64,000 nucleotides of DNA, taken from contig CAZUDL010000002.1 of assembly GCA_964618935.1 (NCBI GenBank), positions 13,915 through 77,914 of the forward strand, read 5' to 3'. The notes beneath the pieces are model-generated. The model made no database searches. It was not told where the DNA came from and saw only the letters and a program-made list of their open reading frames with translations. Below, one piece after another: positions 29,300-37,981 of this stretch. Positions within the stretch are counted from its first letter, which is position 1, and each line of letters begins with the position of its first letter. The DNA is from an uncultured Actinomycetes bacterium (GTDB lineage: Bacteria > Chloroflexota > Dormibacteria > Aeolococcales > Aeolococcaceae). The position numbers were made by a program, and so were the translations under genes.

Positions 29300-30028
29300 A
29301 TGGACGAACCCAGGCCCAAAGTGCTCGTCGTCGAGCCCGACGCAGCCGTCCGGCTGGTCGCCCGGGCGGCCTGCGAGGGCGAGGACTTCCTCGTCAGCGA
29401 ACTGGATCACGGTGCCGGGGCGGTCAGCCGCGTCGAGAGCTTCCAGCCCGATGTCGTCCTCCTCGATCTCAGCCTGCCCGACACCAGCGGCTTCGATGTC
29501 TGCCGCGATTTGCGCCGCAGGGGTCACCGGATGCCGATCCTGATGCTGAGCGCGCGCAATGAGGAGATCGACGCAGTCCTCGGACTGGAGATCGGTGCAG
29601 ACGACTTCATCGCCATTCCATTCCGGCCGCGCGAGCTGCTCGCCCGCATTGCCGCCAGCCTGCGCAAGACCGGGGAACGCGCCGTCCGGACCACGCCCGC
29701 CAGCGAGGCCCGGCTGGCCTTCCGGGGCCTGGTGGTCGACCTGGAGGAGCGGCGCGTGATCCGGCCGGAGGGGGATGTCCGGCTCACCCACACGGAGTTC
29801 GACGTCCTCGCCCTCCTGGTCCGGCACACCGGACAGGTCATCTCCCGCCAGGCCATGACGGACGCCGTCTGGGGCTTCGGCCATCCCATGGACAGCCGGG
29901 TCATCGACGTCCACATCCGCAATCTCCGCCGCAAGATCGAGATGGACGCGGCCAGCCCGCGCCTGATCCTCGCCGTGCCCGGGGTCGGGTACCGCTTCAC
30001 CGGGGTGAGGCTGGCCGACGCCGGCTGA
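29300..30028 (+). CDS. OmpR-family response regulator (orphan)
   Basis: Receiver domain ('VVLLDLSLPDTSG', 'ILMLSA') plus winged-helix DNA-binding domain ('GVGYRF'). No kinase adjacent. Confidence 0.8.
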   Translation: MDEPRPKVLVVEPDAAVRLVARAACEGEDFLVSELDHGAGAVSRVESFQPDVVLLDLSLPDTSGFDVCRDLRRRGHRMPILMLSARNEEIDAVLGLEIGADDFIAIPFRPRELLARIAASLRKTGERAVRTTPASEARLAFRGLVVDLEERRVIRPEGDVRLTHTEFDVLALLVRHTGQVISRQAMTDAVWGFGHPMDSRVIDVHIRNLRRKIEMDAASPRLILAVPGVGYRFTGVRLADAG

Positions 30029-30156
30029 CAGGGGACGGGCCCCGCCGGCCGGCGTCGGCCCCGGAGCGGTGCGCCCGCGCATCCCCGTTCCAGGCCACTA
30101 GACTGAGAAGGTGGCCACACCCCCCAGGTTGCGCACGGTGGGCGGGCGGGCACCCG

Positions 30157-30813
30157 GTGGCTGAGCACCACGTTCCCGAACCGGTGGAGCAGTCGGGCCA
30201 CGAACGCGGCGGCTTCCCCTCCTACGAGGAGATCTCCGCCGATGTGATCGAGGCGCTCGACGAGACCGGCCTCTCCATCGAGGACATCCGCCACCACATC
30301 GAGCCGTCCACTGGCGAGCGCCGCTTCGAGTGCACCATCCGCCTCTCGGCGGCCGATCCGCCGTCGCGGTACCACGTCCACCTCAGCTTCGCCTGGGACG
30401 CGCTGCTCACCTACGTCGCCGCGTACGGACCGGGTGCCGACTGCGAGCTGTACCACGACGACGACGAGTCCCAGGAATGCCCGCATCACCAGCTGACCCC
30501 CCAGCCCTTCATCGAGCTGGAGGCCGAGTTCGTCCTCGGGGACGGCGGGTACGAGCTGCACGAGCTGAGCGAGGTTTCGACGTGGGTGGAGACCGTGCAG
30601 GGCCTCCTCGCCAAGGCGTTCCGGGAGGACGACCGCCCGTCGGTGCACGTCGGCTTCGCGGCCCTCGGATCCACCACGCTGGTCGAGAAGTTCACGGCGG
30701 AGCACTCGTGGCTCGTCGACTTCGAACGGCCCCCCGACTTCGCCGGGATCGCCCGGCAGATCCAGGCGGCGCTGCGCCTGGTGCCTCAGCTGGCCGACCG
30801 GCTCCCCATCTGA
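30157..30813 (+). CDS. hypothetical acidic protein (218 aa, GTG start)
   Basis: ORF with globular composition. No recognised motif. Confidence 0.45.
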   Translation: MAEHHVPEPVEQSGHERGGFPSYEEISADVIEALDETGLSIEDIRHHIEPSTGERRFECTIRLSAADPPSRYHVHLSFAWDALLTYVAAYGPGADCELYHDDDESQECPHHQLTPQPFIELEAEFVLGDGGYELHELSEVSTWVETVQGLLAKAFREDDRPSVHVGFAALGSTTLVEKFTAEHSWLVDFERPPDFAGIARQIQAALRLVPQLADRLPI

Positions 30814-31280
30814 GCAGCCGCGGGGCCGGGCGGCGCGGCGACCGCGGGGTCGATCTCGGCGATCAGCCGCAGCCAGAAGGGCCTCCGGGCGAGCTCCGGA
30901 TGCGGCACGGTGGGGGCGCCCGCGCTCACCACCTCGCCATGGCGGCCGAGGAGAACGATGTCGGCGTCGGCCCGGCGCGGCCCCCAATGGAAGGTCGGCC
31001 GGCGCCCGCAGGCCGCCTCCACCTCACCGCACACGCGCAGCCAGCGGGTCGCCGTCCACGGCTCGGGAGCGCGCACCAGGACGACCTGGTTGTGGAAGTC
31101 GCCCTGGTTGGTCACCCCGACCGCCCGCGTCAGGATCTCGCCCGAGGCACCCTCCACGGCGGCGCCGGCACGGCCGAGCGAGTCGCGCAGGCAGGCCAGG
31201 GCGAGGCCCCGGTTGCCCAGGTTCACCCCCAGGGCGATCCACGCCCAGGAGGACGCCGGCGGCCCGGGTCCCCGGCTCAC
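30786..31280 (-). CDS. folK: 2-amino-4-hydroxy-6-hydroxymethyldihydropteridine pyrophosphokinase (HPPK)
   Basis: 'WIALGVNLGNR', 'DFHNQVVLV' and 'DADIVLLG' HPPK motifs. GTGA overlap with folP. Confidence 0.8.
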   Translation of the reverse strand: MSRGPGPPASSWAWIALGVNLGNRGLALACLRDSLGRAGAAVEGASGEILTRAVGVTNQGDFHNQVVLVRAPEPWTATRWLRVCGEVEAACGRRPTFHWGPRRADADIVLLGRHGEVVSAGAPTVPHPELARRPFWLRLIAEIDPAVAAPPGPAAAQMGSRSAS

Positions 31281-32518
31281 CCCGTCGGTCCCGGCGCCGC
31301 GGCCTCGCGCACGGCATCGGGGATGCCCCGCAGCACGGCATCGCTGACGCGCAGCCCCCGGCGGATCGCCGCCACGTCGTGGACCCGGACCATGTCGGCA
31401 CCGGACGCGGTGGCGAGCACGCAGAGGGACAGCGTGCCCTCGATCCGCTCGCCCGGCGGGGCGCCGTCGAGGAGCAGGCCGATCGTCGATTTGCGCGAGG
31501 GGCCGATCAGCAGCGCGCGGCCGATGCCGCGCAGCTCGGTGAGGCGCTGCATCAGCTCCAGGTTCTGTCCCGGCGTCTTGCCGAAGCCGAAACCGGGATC
31601 GATGACGATCCGCTCCGCGTCGATGCCGTGGCGAGCGGCGATGAGCAGGGACTCGCGCAGGTCGCGGGTGACATCCGCGCCCAGGTCGGCGTAGCCGTGG
31701 CCTCGGCGGTTGTGCATGGCCACCACCGCCACCCCCGGGTTCGCGGCCAGGAGCGGTGCCATGCCCGGGTCGCCGCGCAGCCCCCAGATGTCGTTGACGA
31801 CGGTCGCCCCGGCGGCGATGGCGGCGGCCGCCACCTCCGCCTTCCGCGTGTCGACGGAGACGGGCACATCCAGGCGCGCGGTGAGCGCCTCGACGACGGG
31901 GATCACCCGACCCAGTTCGGTGACCGCGTCCACCGGTTGAGAGTTCGGCCGCGTGGACTCCCCGCCCACGTCGATGAGGTCGGCGCCGTCCGCCACCATC
32001 CGCTTTGCCAGGGCCAGGGCGGCGGCGGCGTCCCCCCCCACTCCGTCACCCGAGAAGGAGTCGGGGGTGACGTTGACCACGCCCATCACCAGCGTGCGGT
32101 CGCCGAACTCGAGAGCACGGGGGCCGCAGCGCAGCGGGGGCCGCGGGCCTCCCGCGGCGAGGGCCGCCGAGAGAGCCAAGCCCAGCTCCTCCGCCGGTCG
32201 CCCCGCCTGGGCGAGGCGGGTGGCGACCGCCGCCAGGGTGGCCGGCGACCCGACGAGGACGGCCCTGCCTCCCGACACGGCGGTGACGGCGTCGCCGCCC
32301 TCGCCCCGCGCGCAGCGCTGCAGCACCAGGGTCTGGTCAGGATCCAGACCCTCGACGGCGAGACCGCCCGGCGCCGTGGCGGAGACCGGCCCGGGGAGGG
32401 GTGCCGACCATCCCACCGACTTCAGCGCCCGGAGCAGGCCGGCGGCGTCGAACGGAGCCAGGGTCCGCACGTTGTAGCGCAGCGCCGCCTCCGCGGCGGC
32501 GGTGTCGGGAGAGGTCAT
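31277..32518 (-). CDS. folP: dihydropteroate synthase with ~130-aa N-terminal extension
   Basis: The C-terminal 280 aa are a DHPS TIM barrel ('VMGVVNVTPDSFSGDG', 'DIWGLRGD', 'IDPGFGFGKT'). The N-terminal domain has unknown function. Confidence 0.8.
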   Translation of the reverse strand: MTSPDTAAAEAALRYNVRTLAPFDAAGLLRALKSVGWSAPLPGPVSATAPGGLAVEGLDPDQTLVLQRCARGEGGDAVTAVSGGRAVLVGSPATLAAVATRLAQAGRPAEELGLALSAALAAGGPRPPLRCGPRALEFGDRTLVMGVVNVTPDSFSGDGVGGDAAAALALAKRMVADGADLIDVGGESTRPNSQPVDAVTELGRVIPVVEALTARLDVPVSVDTRKAEVAAAAIAAGATVVNDIWGLRGDPGMAPLLAANPGVAVVAMHNRRGHGYADLGADVTRDLRESLLIAARHGIDAERIVIDPGFGFGKTPGQNLELMQRLTELRGIGRALLIGPSRKSTIGLLLDGAPPGERIEGTLSLCVLATASGADMVRVHDVAAIRRGLRVSDAVLRGIPDAVREAAAPGPTG

Positions 32519-32585
32519 CCCGGGCCAGGATAAGCGTGCGGGCGGCGACCGGTGCTCCCCGGGCGCGGCGGATGCGAGCGGCTCG

Positions 32586-33323
32586 TCACTGCCTCTCCAG
32601 CGGGTCCACGCCGGTGGCGAGGTAGGCGGCGCACCTGTCCCGCGCCAGCGCGACGGCGGTGGCGCTGACGTCGCCTCCCAGGAAGGAGCAACCGGCGGCG
32701 AGGGCGGCGACGCCGGAGCTGCCGCTGCCGGCGAAGGGATCGCAGACGGTCATGCCGGGCTCCACGCTGCCCAGCAGCATCTGCGCGAAGAGTGCCACCG
32801 GTTTCTGCGTCGGGTAGGCGCCGCGGTGGATCCGCTTGATGCGCCAGACGTCGCCGAGGTCGCGCCGGGAGAGACGGCGCCGCCCCTTGCAGGCGAACAC
32901 GATCATCTCGTGCTGGCGACGGAAATAGTGGCCCATGCCGATGTCCACCTTGTCCCACACGATCAGCCCCTTGACGTCGAAGTGCGTGCGCATGACCGCA
33001 CCCAGGCTGAGCAGGGAGAAGGAGTCGAACATCACGTAGACGTGACGATCCGGACGGAGCACGCGGTGGCATTCGTCGAGCAGCCGGGAGAATGTCGGCG
33101 GGTCGTCGTGGAACTCCTGGAACCACTTCGGATTGGCGGCGTCGCCATAGCGGCCCACGATGCGTCCCCGGCCGAACTGCATGTGCTGGTTCATGCCCGA
33201 GTAGGCGGGATCGGTGACGATGCAGTCGACCGACGAATCCGCCAGTCCGCCGAGGAACTCGAGGCAGTCGGACTGCTCGACGCGCCACCCGGGCGTGCGG
33301 TCGGTGGCGGCGGCGACGGCCAT
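32586..33323 (-). CDS. DNA methyltransferase, beta class (N6-adenine or N4-cytosine), orphan
   Basis: Motif IV 'VTDPAYSG' precedes motif I 'DPFAGSGSSG' (beta-class order). No restriction endonuclease gene adjacent. Confidence 0.7.
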   Translation of the reverse strand: MAVAAATDRTPGWRVEQSDCLEFLGGLADSSVDCIVTDPAYSGMNQHMQFGRGRIVGRYGDAANPKWFQEFHDDPPTFSRLLDECHRVLRPDRHVYVMFDSFSLLSLGAVMRTHFDVKGLIVWDKVDIGMGHYFRRQHEMIVFACKGRRRLSRRDLGDVWRIKRIHRGAYPTQKPVALFAQMLLGSVEPGMTVCDPFAGSGSSGVAALAAGCSFLGGDVSATAVALARDRCAAYLATGVDPLERQ

Positions 33324-33353
33324 TCCGCAAAGCTAGCTCATCGGGCCGCCGGC

Positions 33354-33875
33354 TCAGGAGGGCGGCAGATCCGCCTTCGGTGGCCCGGGCTCCTCAGGGC
33401 TCCCGCCGTGCGCCGGGGGAGGGGTGTCGCCCGGTCCGGGGCGGTCGTCAGCGGCGCCGGGGCGATCGTCATACGGAGTCGGACCCGGCGCCTTGCCGGG
33501 CCCGAACGGCCCCTCCGGCCCGAGGAGGCCGAATCCCCGGAGCATCCGCTCCAGTTCCGCGGGCCCGCCGAGGTCCTCCTGCACGCGCTCGGCGAAACGC
33601 GCCATCAACTCGGAGAGCTGCGGGTCGCCGGTGAGCATCTCCTGGAGGCCGCCGAGCTGGCCGAGGAGATCCTTGGCCGCGGCCTCCTGGGCCACCTGCA
33701 TGAGCACCGGCTGCGACGCCGCCGCGGCGACGGCCTGGGCCTGCTCCCGCACCACCTCGAAGCCGCGGCAGCTCAGGCAGGTTCCCTGGTGGTTGCAGCG
33801 GCACAGCTTCGCCTTGAGGGAGTCCAGCTCGCGGTGGAGGCCGGAGAGGTCGACCCCGGACTGCTCGGTGCTCAC
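33354..33875 (-). CDS. hypothetical protein with CxC-x5-C-x2-C motif and disordered Pro/Gly-rich C-terminus
   Basis: 'CRCNHQGTCLSCRGF' is a putative zinc knuckle. Coiled-coil-like middle section. Confidence 0.4.
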   Translation of the reverse strand: MSTEQSGVDLSGLHRELDSLKAKLCRCNHQGTCLSCRGFEVVREQAQAVAAAASQPVLMQVAQEAAAKDLLGQLGGLQEMLTGDPQLSELMARFAERVQEDLGGPAELERMLRGFGLLGPEGPFGPGKAPGPTPYDDRPGAADDRPGPGDTPPPAHGGSPEEPGPPKADLPPS

Positions 33876-33954
33876 CCCGCGATCCTACGGCCCCGGGCGC
33901 CCCGGAGGTCGGATCCAGCACCGGGCACCCGGCCTTGCCGCTACATTGACCGTG

Positions 33955-35058
33955 ATGGCCGAGACGCGCCGCCGCGCCCTGATCACCGGTGTCGCCGGCC
34001 AGGACGGTGGCTATCTCGCCGAGCACCTGCTCGACCGGGGCTACGAGGTGTTCGGCCTGGCACTGCCCGGCGAGGAGGTGGCGGGGGGCCTCGACGACGG
34101 CGACCACGTCCTGCGCGGGAGCCTCACCGACAGCGCCTCACTGGAGGCGGCGCTGCGACGCAGCGGCCCCGCCGAGGTCTACAACCTGGCCGCCGCCACC
34201 AGCGTGGCGGCCTCCTTCCTCGACCCCTTCGCCGCCGCCGAGGTGACCGGCCTGGGTGTCCTCCGCCTGCTCGAGGCCGTGCGCCGGGTGGACCCGACGA
34301 TCCGCCTCCTCCAGGCCACCAGCTCGGAGATCTTCGCCGGCGCGGAGGTGTCGCCGCAGGACGAGCGCACCCCCCTCAGTCCCCGCTCCCCGTACGGGGT
34401 CGCCAAGGCCTTCGCCCACCAGATGATGTCGGTGTACCGCGAGAGCCACGGGCTGTTCGCAGCCACCGCCATCCTCTACAACCACGAATCGCCGCGGCGG
34501 GGGCTGAACTTCGTGACCCGGAAGGTGACCGACGCGGCCGCGCGCATCTCCCTCGGCCTGCAGGAGGAGCTGCGCCTCGGCAACCTCGAGGTCTCGCGCG
34601 ACTGGGGCTACGCGCCCGACTACGTCCGCGCCATGCGCCTCATCCTCGCCGACGACGTCGCCGACGACTTCGTGGTGGCGACGGGAGAGATGCACTCGCT
34701 CCGCGAGCTGCTGGACATCGCCTTCTCCGCCGCCGGCCTCGACTGGCGGCGTCACGTCGTCTCCGACCCCGACCTGTTCCGCCCGGTGGAGCCGGTCCAT
34801 CTCTGCGGCGACGCCTCGAAGGCGCGGTCCCACCTGGGCTGGGCGCCCAGCCGGGCATTCGACGAGGTCATCCGGGAGATGGTCGCCGCCGACCTCGACA
34901 GGCTCAAGGGGGCGGCACCGCCACCGCCCGCCCGACCCGGGCCGGCCGGGCCCCCCGCCAGCCTTCCGCGGCCGGGCGGCTATGATGCGGGCTCCTCGGC
35001 AACAGCCCGCCGGGCCGGCCCGCCGCCGGACCCCGACGCTCCCCACGGGAAGAGATGA
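33955..35058 (+). CDS. gmd: GDP-mannose 4,6-dehydratase paralogue 1
   Basis: '[19 protein letters not shown]', 'ATSSEIF', '[20 protein letters not shown]' and '[11 protein letters not shown]' GMD/SDR motifs. Proline-rich C-terminal tail. Confidence 0.8.
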   Translation: MAETRRRALITGVAGQDGGYLAEHLLDRGYEVFGLALPGEEVAGGLDDGDHVLRGSLTDSASLEAALRRSGPAEVYNLAAATSVAASFLDPFAAAEVTGLGVLRLLEAVRRVDPTIRLLQATSSEIFAGAEVSPQDERTPLSPRSPYGVAKAFAHQMMSVYRESHGLFAATAILYNHESPRRGLNFVTRKVTDAAARISLGLQEELRLGNLEVSRDWGYAPDYVRAMRLILADDVADDFVVATGEMHSLRELLDIAFSAAGLDWRRHVVSDPDLFRPVEPVHLCGDASKARSHLGWAPSRAFDEVIREMVAADLDRLKGAAPPPPARPGPAGPPASLPRPGGYDAGSSATARRAGPPPDPDAPHGKR

Positions 35059-35059
35059 G

Positions 35060-36046
35060 ATGTCCAGAACCGCGCTGATCACCGGGATCACAGGGCAGGA
35101 CGGCACCTACCTGGCGGAGCACCTCCTGGCGGAGGGATACGAGGTCCACGGCATGGTGCGCGGGCAGAACAACCCGCGGATCGCCCTCGTCAAGCAGCTG
35201 GTCCCCGACGTCCGCCTCATCGAGGGAGACCTCCACGACCAGTCGTCGCTCATCGCCGCCCTGGAGAGCAGCCAGCCGGATGAGGTGTACAACCTCGCGG
35301 CCATCAGCTTCGTCGCCCTCTCCTTCAAGCAGGCCATCAACACCGGGGAGATCACCGGGCTCGGCGTCACCCGCATGCTTGACGCCATCCGTCTCGTCAA
35401 CGCCGGCATCCGCTTCTACCAGGCGTCGAGCAGCGAGATGTTCGGCAAGGTGCGAGAGACACCGCAGACCGAACTGACGCCGTTCCATCCGCGCTCGCCC
35501 TACGGCGTGGCCAAGACATACGGGCACCACATCACCGTCAACTACCGGGAGAGCTACGGCATCTTCGCCTGCAGCGGCATCCTCTTCAACCACGAGTCGC
35601 CGAGGCGCGGCCTCGAGTTCGTCTCCCGCAAGATCACCCACGGCGCGGCCAGGATCAAGCAGGGTCTCGACACGCAGCTCTCCCTCGGCAACCTCGACGC
35701 GCAGCGCGACTGGGGCTTCGCCGGCGACTACGTCCGGGCCATGCGCCTCATGCTGCAGCAGGACGTTCCGGACGACTACGTGGTCGCCACCGGCGAGACG
35801 CACTCGGTCCGAGAGCTGCTCGAGCTCGCCTTCGGCCACGCCGGTCTGCGCTGGCAGGACCACGTCGTCGTCGACGAGCGCTTCCTCCGCCCCGCCGAGG
35901 TTGACATGCTGATCGGTGACGCGTCGAAGGCGCACCGGGTGCTGGGTTGGCAGCCGACGGTGTCCTTTCCCGAGCTGGTGGCGATGATGGTGGAGTCCGA
36001 CCTCCGCGCTGTGTCGTCGACGGCGCCGCGGGCGACCCTCCCCTAA
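35060..36046 (+). CDS. GDP-mannose 4,6-dehydratase paralogue 2 (possibly Rmd-like reductase)
   Basis: '[19 protein letters not shown]', '[20 protein letters not shown]', '[11 protein letters not shown]'. Starts 2 bp after paralogue 1. Confidence 0.8.
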   Translation: MSRTALITGITGQDGTYLAEHLLAEGYEVHGMVRGQNNPRIALVKQLVPDVRLIEGDLHDQSSLIAALESSQPDEVYNLAAISFVALSFKQAINTGEITGLGVTRMLDAIRLVNAGIRFYQASSSEMFGKVRETPQTELTPFHPRSPYGVAKTYGHHITVNYRESYGIFACSGILFNHESPRRGLEFVSRKITHGAARIKQGLDTQLSLGNLDAQRDWGFAGDYVRAMRLMLQQDVPDDYVVATGETHSVRELLELAFGHAGLRWQDHVVVDERFLRPAEVDMLIGDASKAHRVLGWQPTVSFPELVAMMVESDLRAVSSTAPRATLP

Positions 36047-36376
36047 CCCGCCGCCGGGCTCAGCCCGAGGGGGTACCCCGCGGGCGCCGGCGCCACCACT
36101 CGAAGAGGCCGAGCGCCACAACCAGCGCCCCGAGCAGCACAGCCGAGGCGACGAGGGTCAACGGGACGCCGTCCTGCTGCGCCCTCGCGCCGGCCGGCCG
36201 GGAAGGGGGCGCGGATGCGCCCGAGGCCGCGGGGGCCGCGAAGTCGACGCGCCTGCCCGTGCCGAGGCGGCCGAGGGCTGGTCGACGACGCGGCCGGACC
36301 CGATCGGCGCGCGGCCCGCACCCGTCGACGGTCTCGCCTCGCCCATGGCGTTATTGACGCGAGCGGGCGAGCCGGG

Positions 36377-37717
36377 TTACCCGGATAGCGGGATCTGACC
36401 GCGAACGGTCGCATGAGCTCCGAGGCGGCGAACCAGCGCCAGCCCCATGACCGCGCAGGCGACGCCGACGCCGATGCAGAAGGCGACCTCGACGCGGAGC
36501 AGGCTGCCCGGCAGGATGACCATCGCCGCCACCACGCCCACTGTCCCGGCCACCCAGCCGGCGGCGGCTCCGCGGTACCCGCCGAGGGCGATGCAGGCGT
36601 ATGCGAGGACGAGGGCCACCATCATGGATTCGCTGCCGAGGGCGAGCAGGGCGAGGTCGAGCCTCCCGAGGGGGATGAAGCGGTGGCCGAAGAGGATCTG
36701 CAGCACCGGTGGTCCGAGCGTGGCCATGCCGACCACCGAGACCGCCACCAGCCCGGCGACCAGGATCAGCAGCCGCCGGAGGGTGGCGCGGAAGTCGTCC
36801 ATGCGCCCGGCGGTGGCGTCGGAGGAGAGCTTGGGCATCAGCGCCGCCTGGATGCCCTGGAACAGGAAGAGCGGCACCCGGGCGATGATCAGGCCGTTGA
36901 GGACGCGTCCCGCCGCCGTCGGGTCGCCGGCGCTGAAGAAGGCCTGGACGGCGAGCGGCGGGATGTTGAGGAGCAGCTGGGAGAGGAGCGAGCCGGTGAG
37001 CAGCCAGCCGAGGGCCACGGAGATCTCGCTCCAGGGTGCGGCGGGGCCGGGGGCGGCGATGCCGCGCTGCCGCGGCACGACGATGGCGATGCCGATGACG
37101 CTGGGAAGGGCGATGGCGAGGCTGAAGACTCCGGCGTTCCGCACGCCCAGCCCCCAGAGGACCGCCGCGGCCACGACCCTGACCGCCCCCTCGACGAGGA
37201 GGACGGCCGCGTAGGCCCGGAAGCGCCCCGCTCCCGCCACGGCTCCCCGGGCCAGGTAGTAGATGGCGTAGCACGGGATCGCCACCAGGAAGCCGAGGAA
37301 GAGCAGACCCTGGCCGTCGAAGAGGCGGCTGATCAGCGGGCCGGAGCCGGCTCCGGCCAGGATCATGACGGCGGCGGCCATGGCACCCCCGACCAGCGCC
37401 GCGCGGGCGATCACCGGCCGCGCCCCCAGGCGGTGGACGCGGCGGGCGGAGGCCGCCCGGCCGACCTCCTGCTCCAGCGGCAGGAAGATGCCCGGCGCGG
37501 CAACGAAGGTGAGGGCCCAGAGGACGCTGAAGGGGGAGTACCGGGCCGGCCCCAGGGCCCTCGCGGCGATGATGAGGAAGCCGTAGGTGGTGAGCCCCTG
37601 GATGCCCAGCGAGATCGCGATGGTCGTGGCTCCCCGGGGGAGGAGGCCGACCAGATGCCCCAGCCGCCCGGCGGGTGGGGTCGCGGCGGGCGGCGTGAGG
37701 GGGCCGGCTTCTGTCAT
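36377..37717 (-). CDS. polysaccharide biosynthesis/export membrane protein (Wzx-like MOP flippase)
   Basis: About 12 predicted transmembrane helices, 446 aa, adjacent to nucleotide-sugar genes. Confidence 0.65.
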   Translation of the reverse strand: MTEAGPLTPPAATPPAGRLGHLVGLLPRGATTIAISLGIQGLTTYGFLIIAARALGPARYSPFSVLWALTFVAAPGIFLPLEQEVGRAASARRVHRLGARPVIARAALVGGAMAAAVMILAGAGSGPLISRLFDGQGLLFLGFLVAIPCYAIYYLARGAVAGAGRFRAYAAVLLVEGAVRVVAAAVLWGLGVRNAGVFSLAIALPSVIGIAIVVPRQRGIAAPGPAAPWSEISVALGWLLTGSLLSQLLLNIPPLAVQAFFSAGDPTAAGRVLNGLIIARVPLFLFQGIQAALMPKLSSDATAGRMDDFRATLRRLLILVAGLVAVSVVGMATLGPPVLQILFGHRFIPLGRLDLALLALGSESMMVALVLAYACIALGGYRGAAAGWVAGTVGVVAAMVILPGSLLRVEVAFCIGVGVACAVMGLALVRRLGAHATVRGQIPLSG

Positions 37718-37733
37718 CAGGGTGCTCAGTGTG

Positions 37734-37761
37734 TTGCAACCGGTCGCGGTTCCGGTATAGT
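37734..37761 (+). promoter_or_regulatory. sigma70-like promoter candidate TTGCAA-N16-TATAGT upstream of the helicase gene
   Basis: Good -35/-10 pair with 16-nt spacer in the divergent flippase/helicase intergenic region. Flanked by direct 'GTCGCG' repeats. Confidence 0.35.
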
Positions 37762-37981
37762 CGCGACAGGCGGGAGCTTACGAGAGCCGCTGCCCGCGGC
37801 CGTCCACCGGCCCATTGACGACGCGTTGACGCCGCGACCGCGTGCCTCCGAAGCATCCCGAAGCTTGTCTGCAACGCCGTCCAGGCATCTCCTGCGGCGT
37901 ATCGAGGTTGACAGTCCGCTGATCGCCCCGGACCTCGCGCTCGACCGTCTCCACCTCATCGTCCCCGATGACAGTGATGCC

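Noticed and set aside
29524-30987. 487-aa minus-strand ORF overlapping the response regulator and acidic protein
   Set aside because: Low-complexity antisense frame. The + strand genes have clear domain motifs.
36413-37981. 5' extension making the helicase ORF 1404 aa
   Set aside because: This part is antisense to the well-supported flippase gene. It translates to Gly/Arg/Asp/Glu-rich low-complexity sequence. The promoter and first good start lie after the flippase start.
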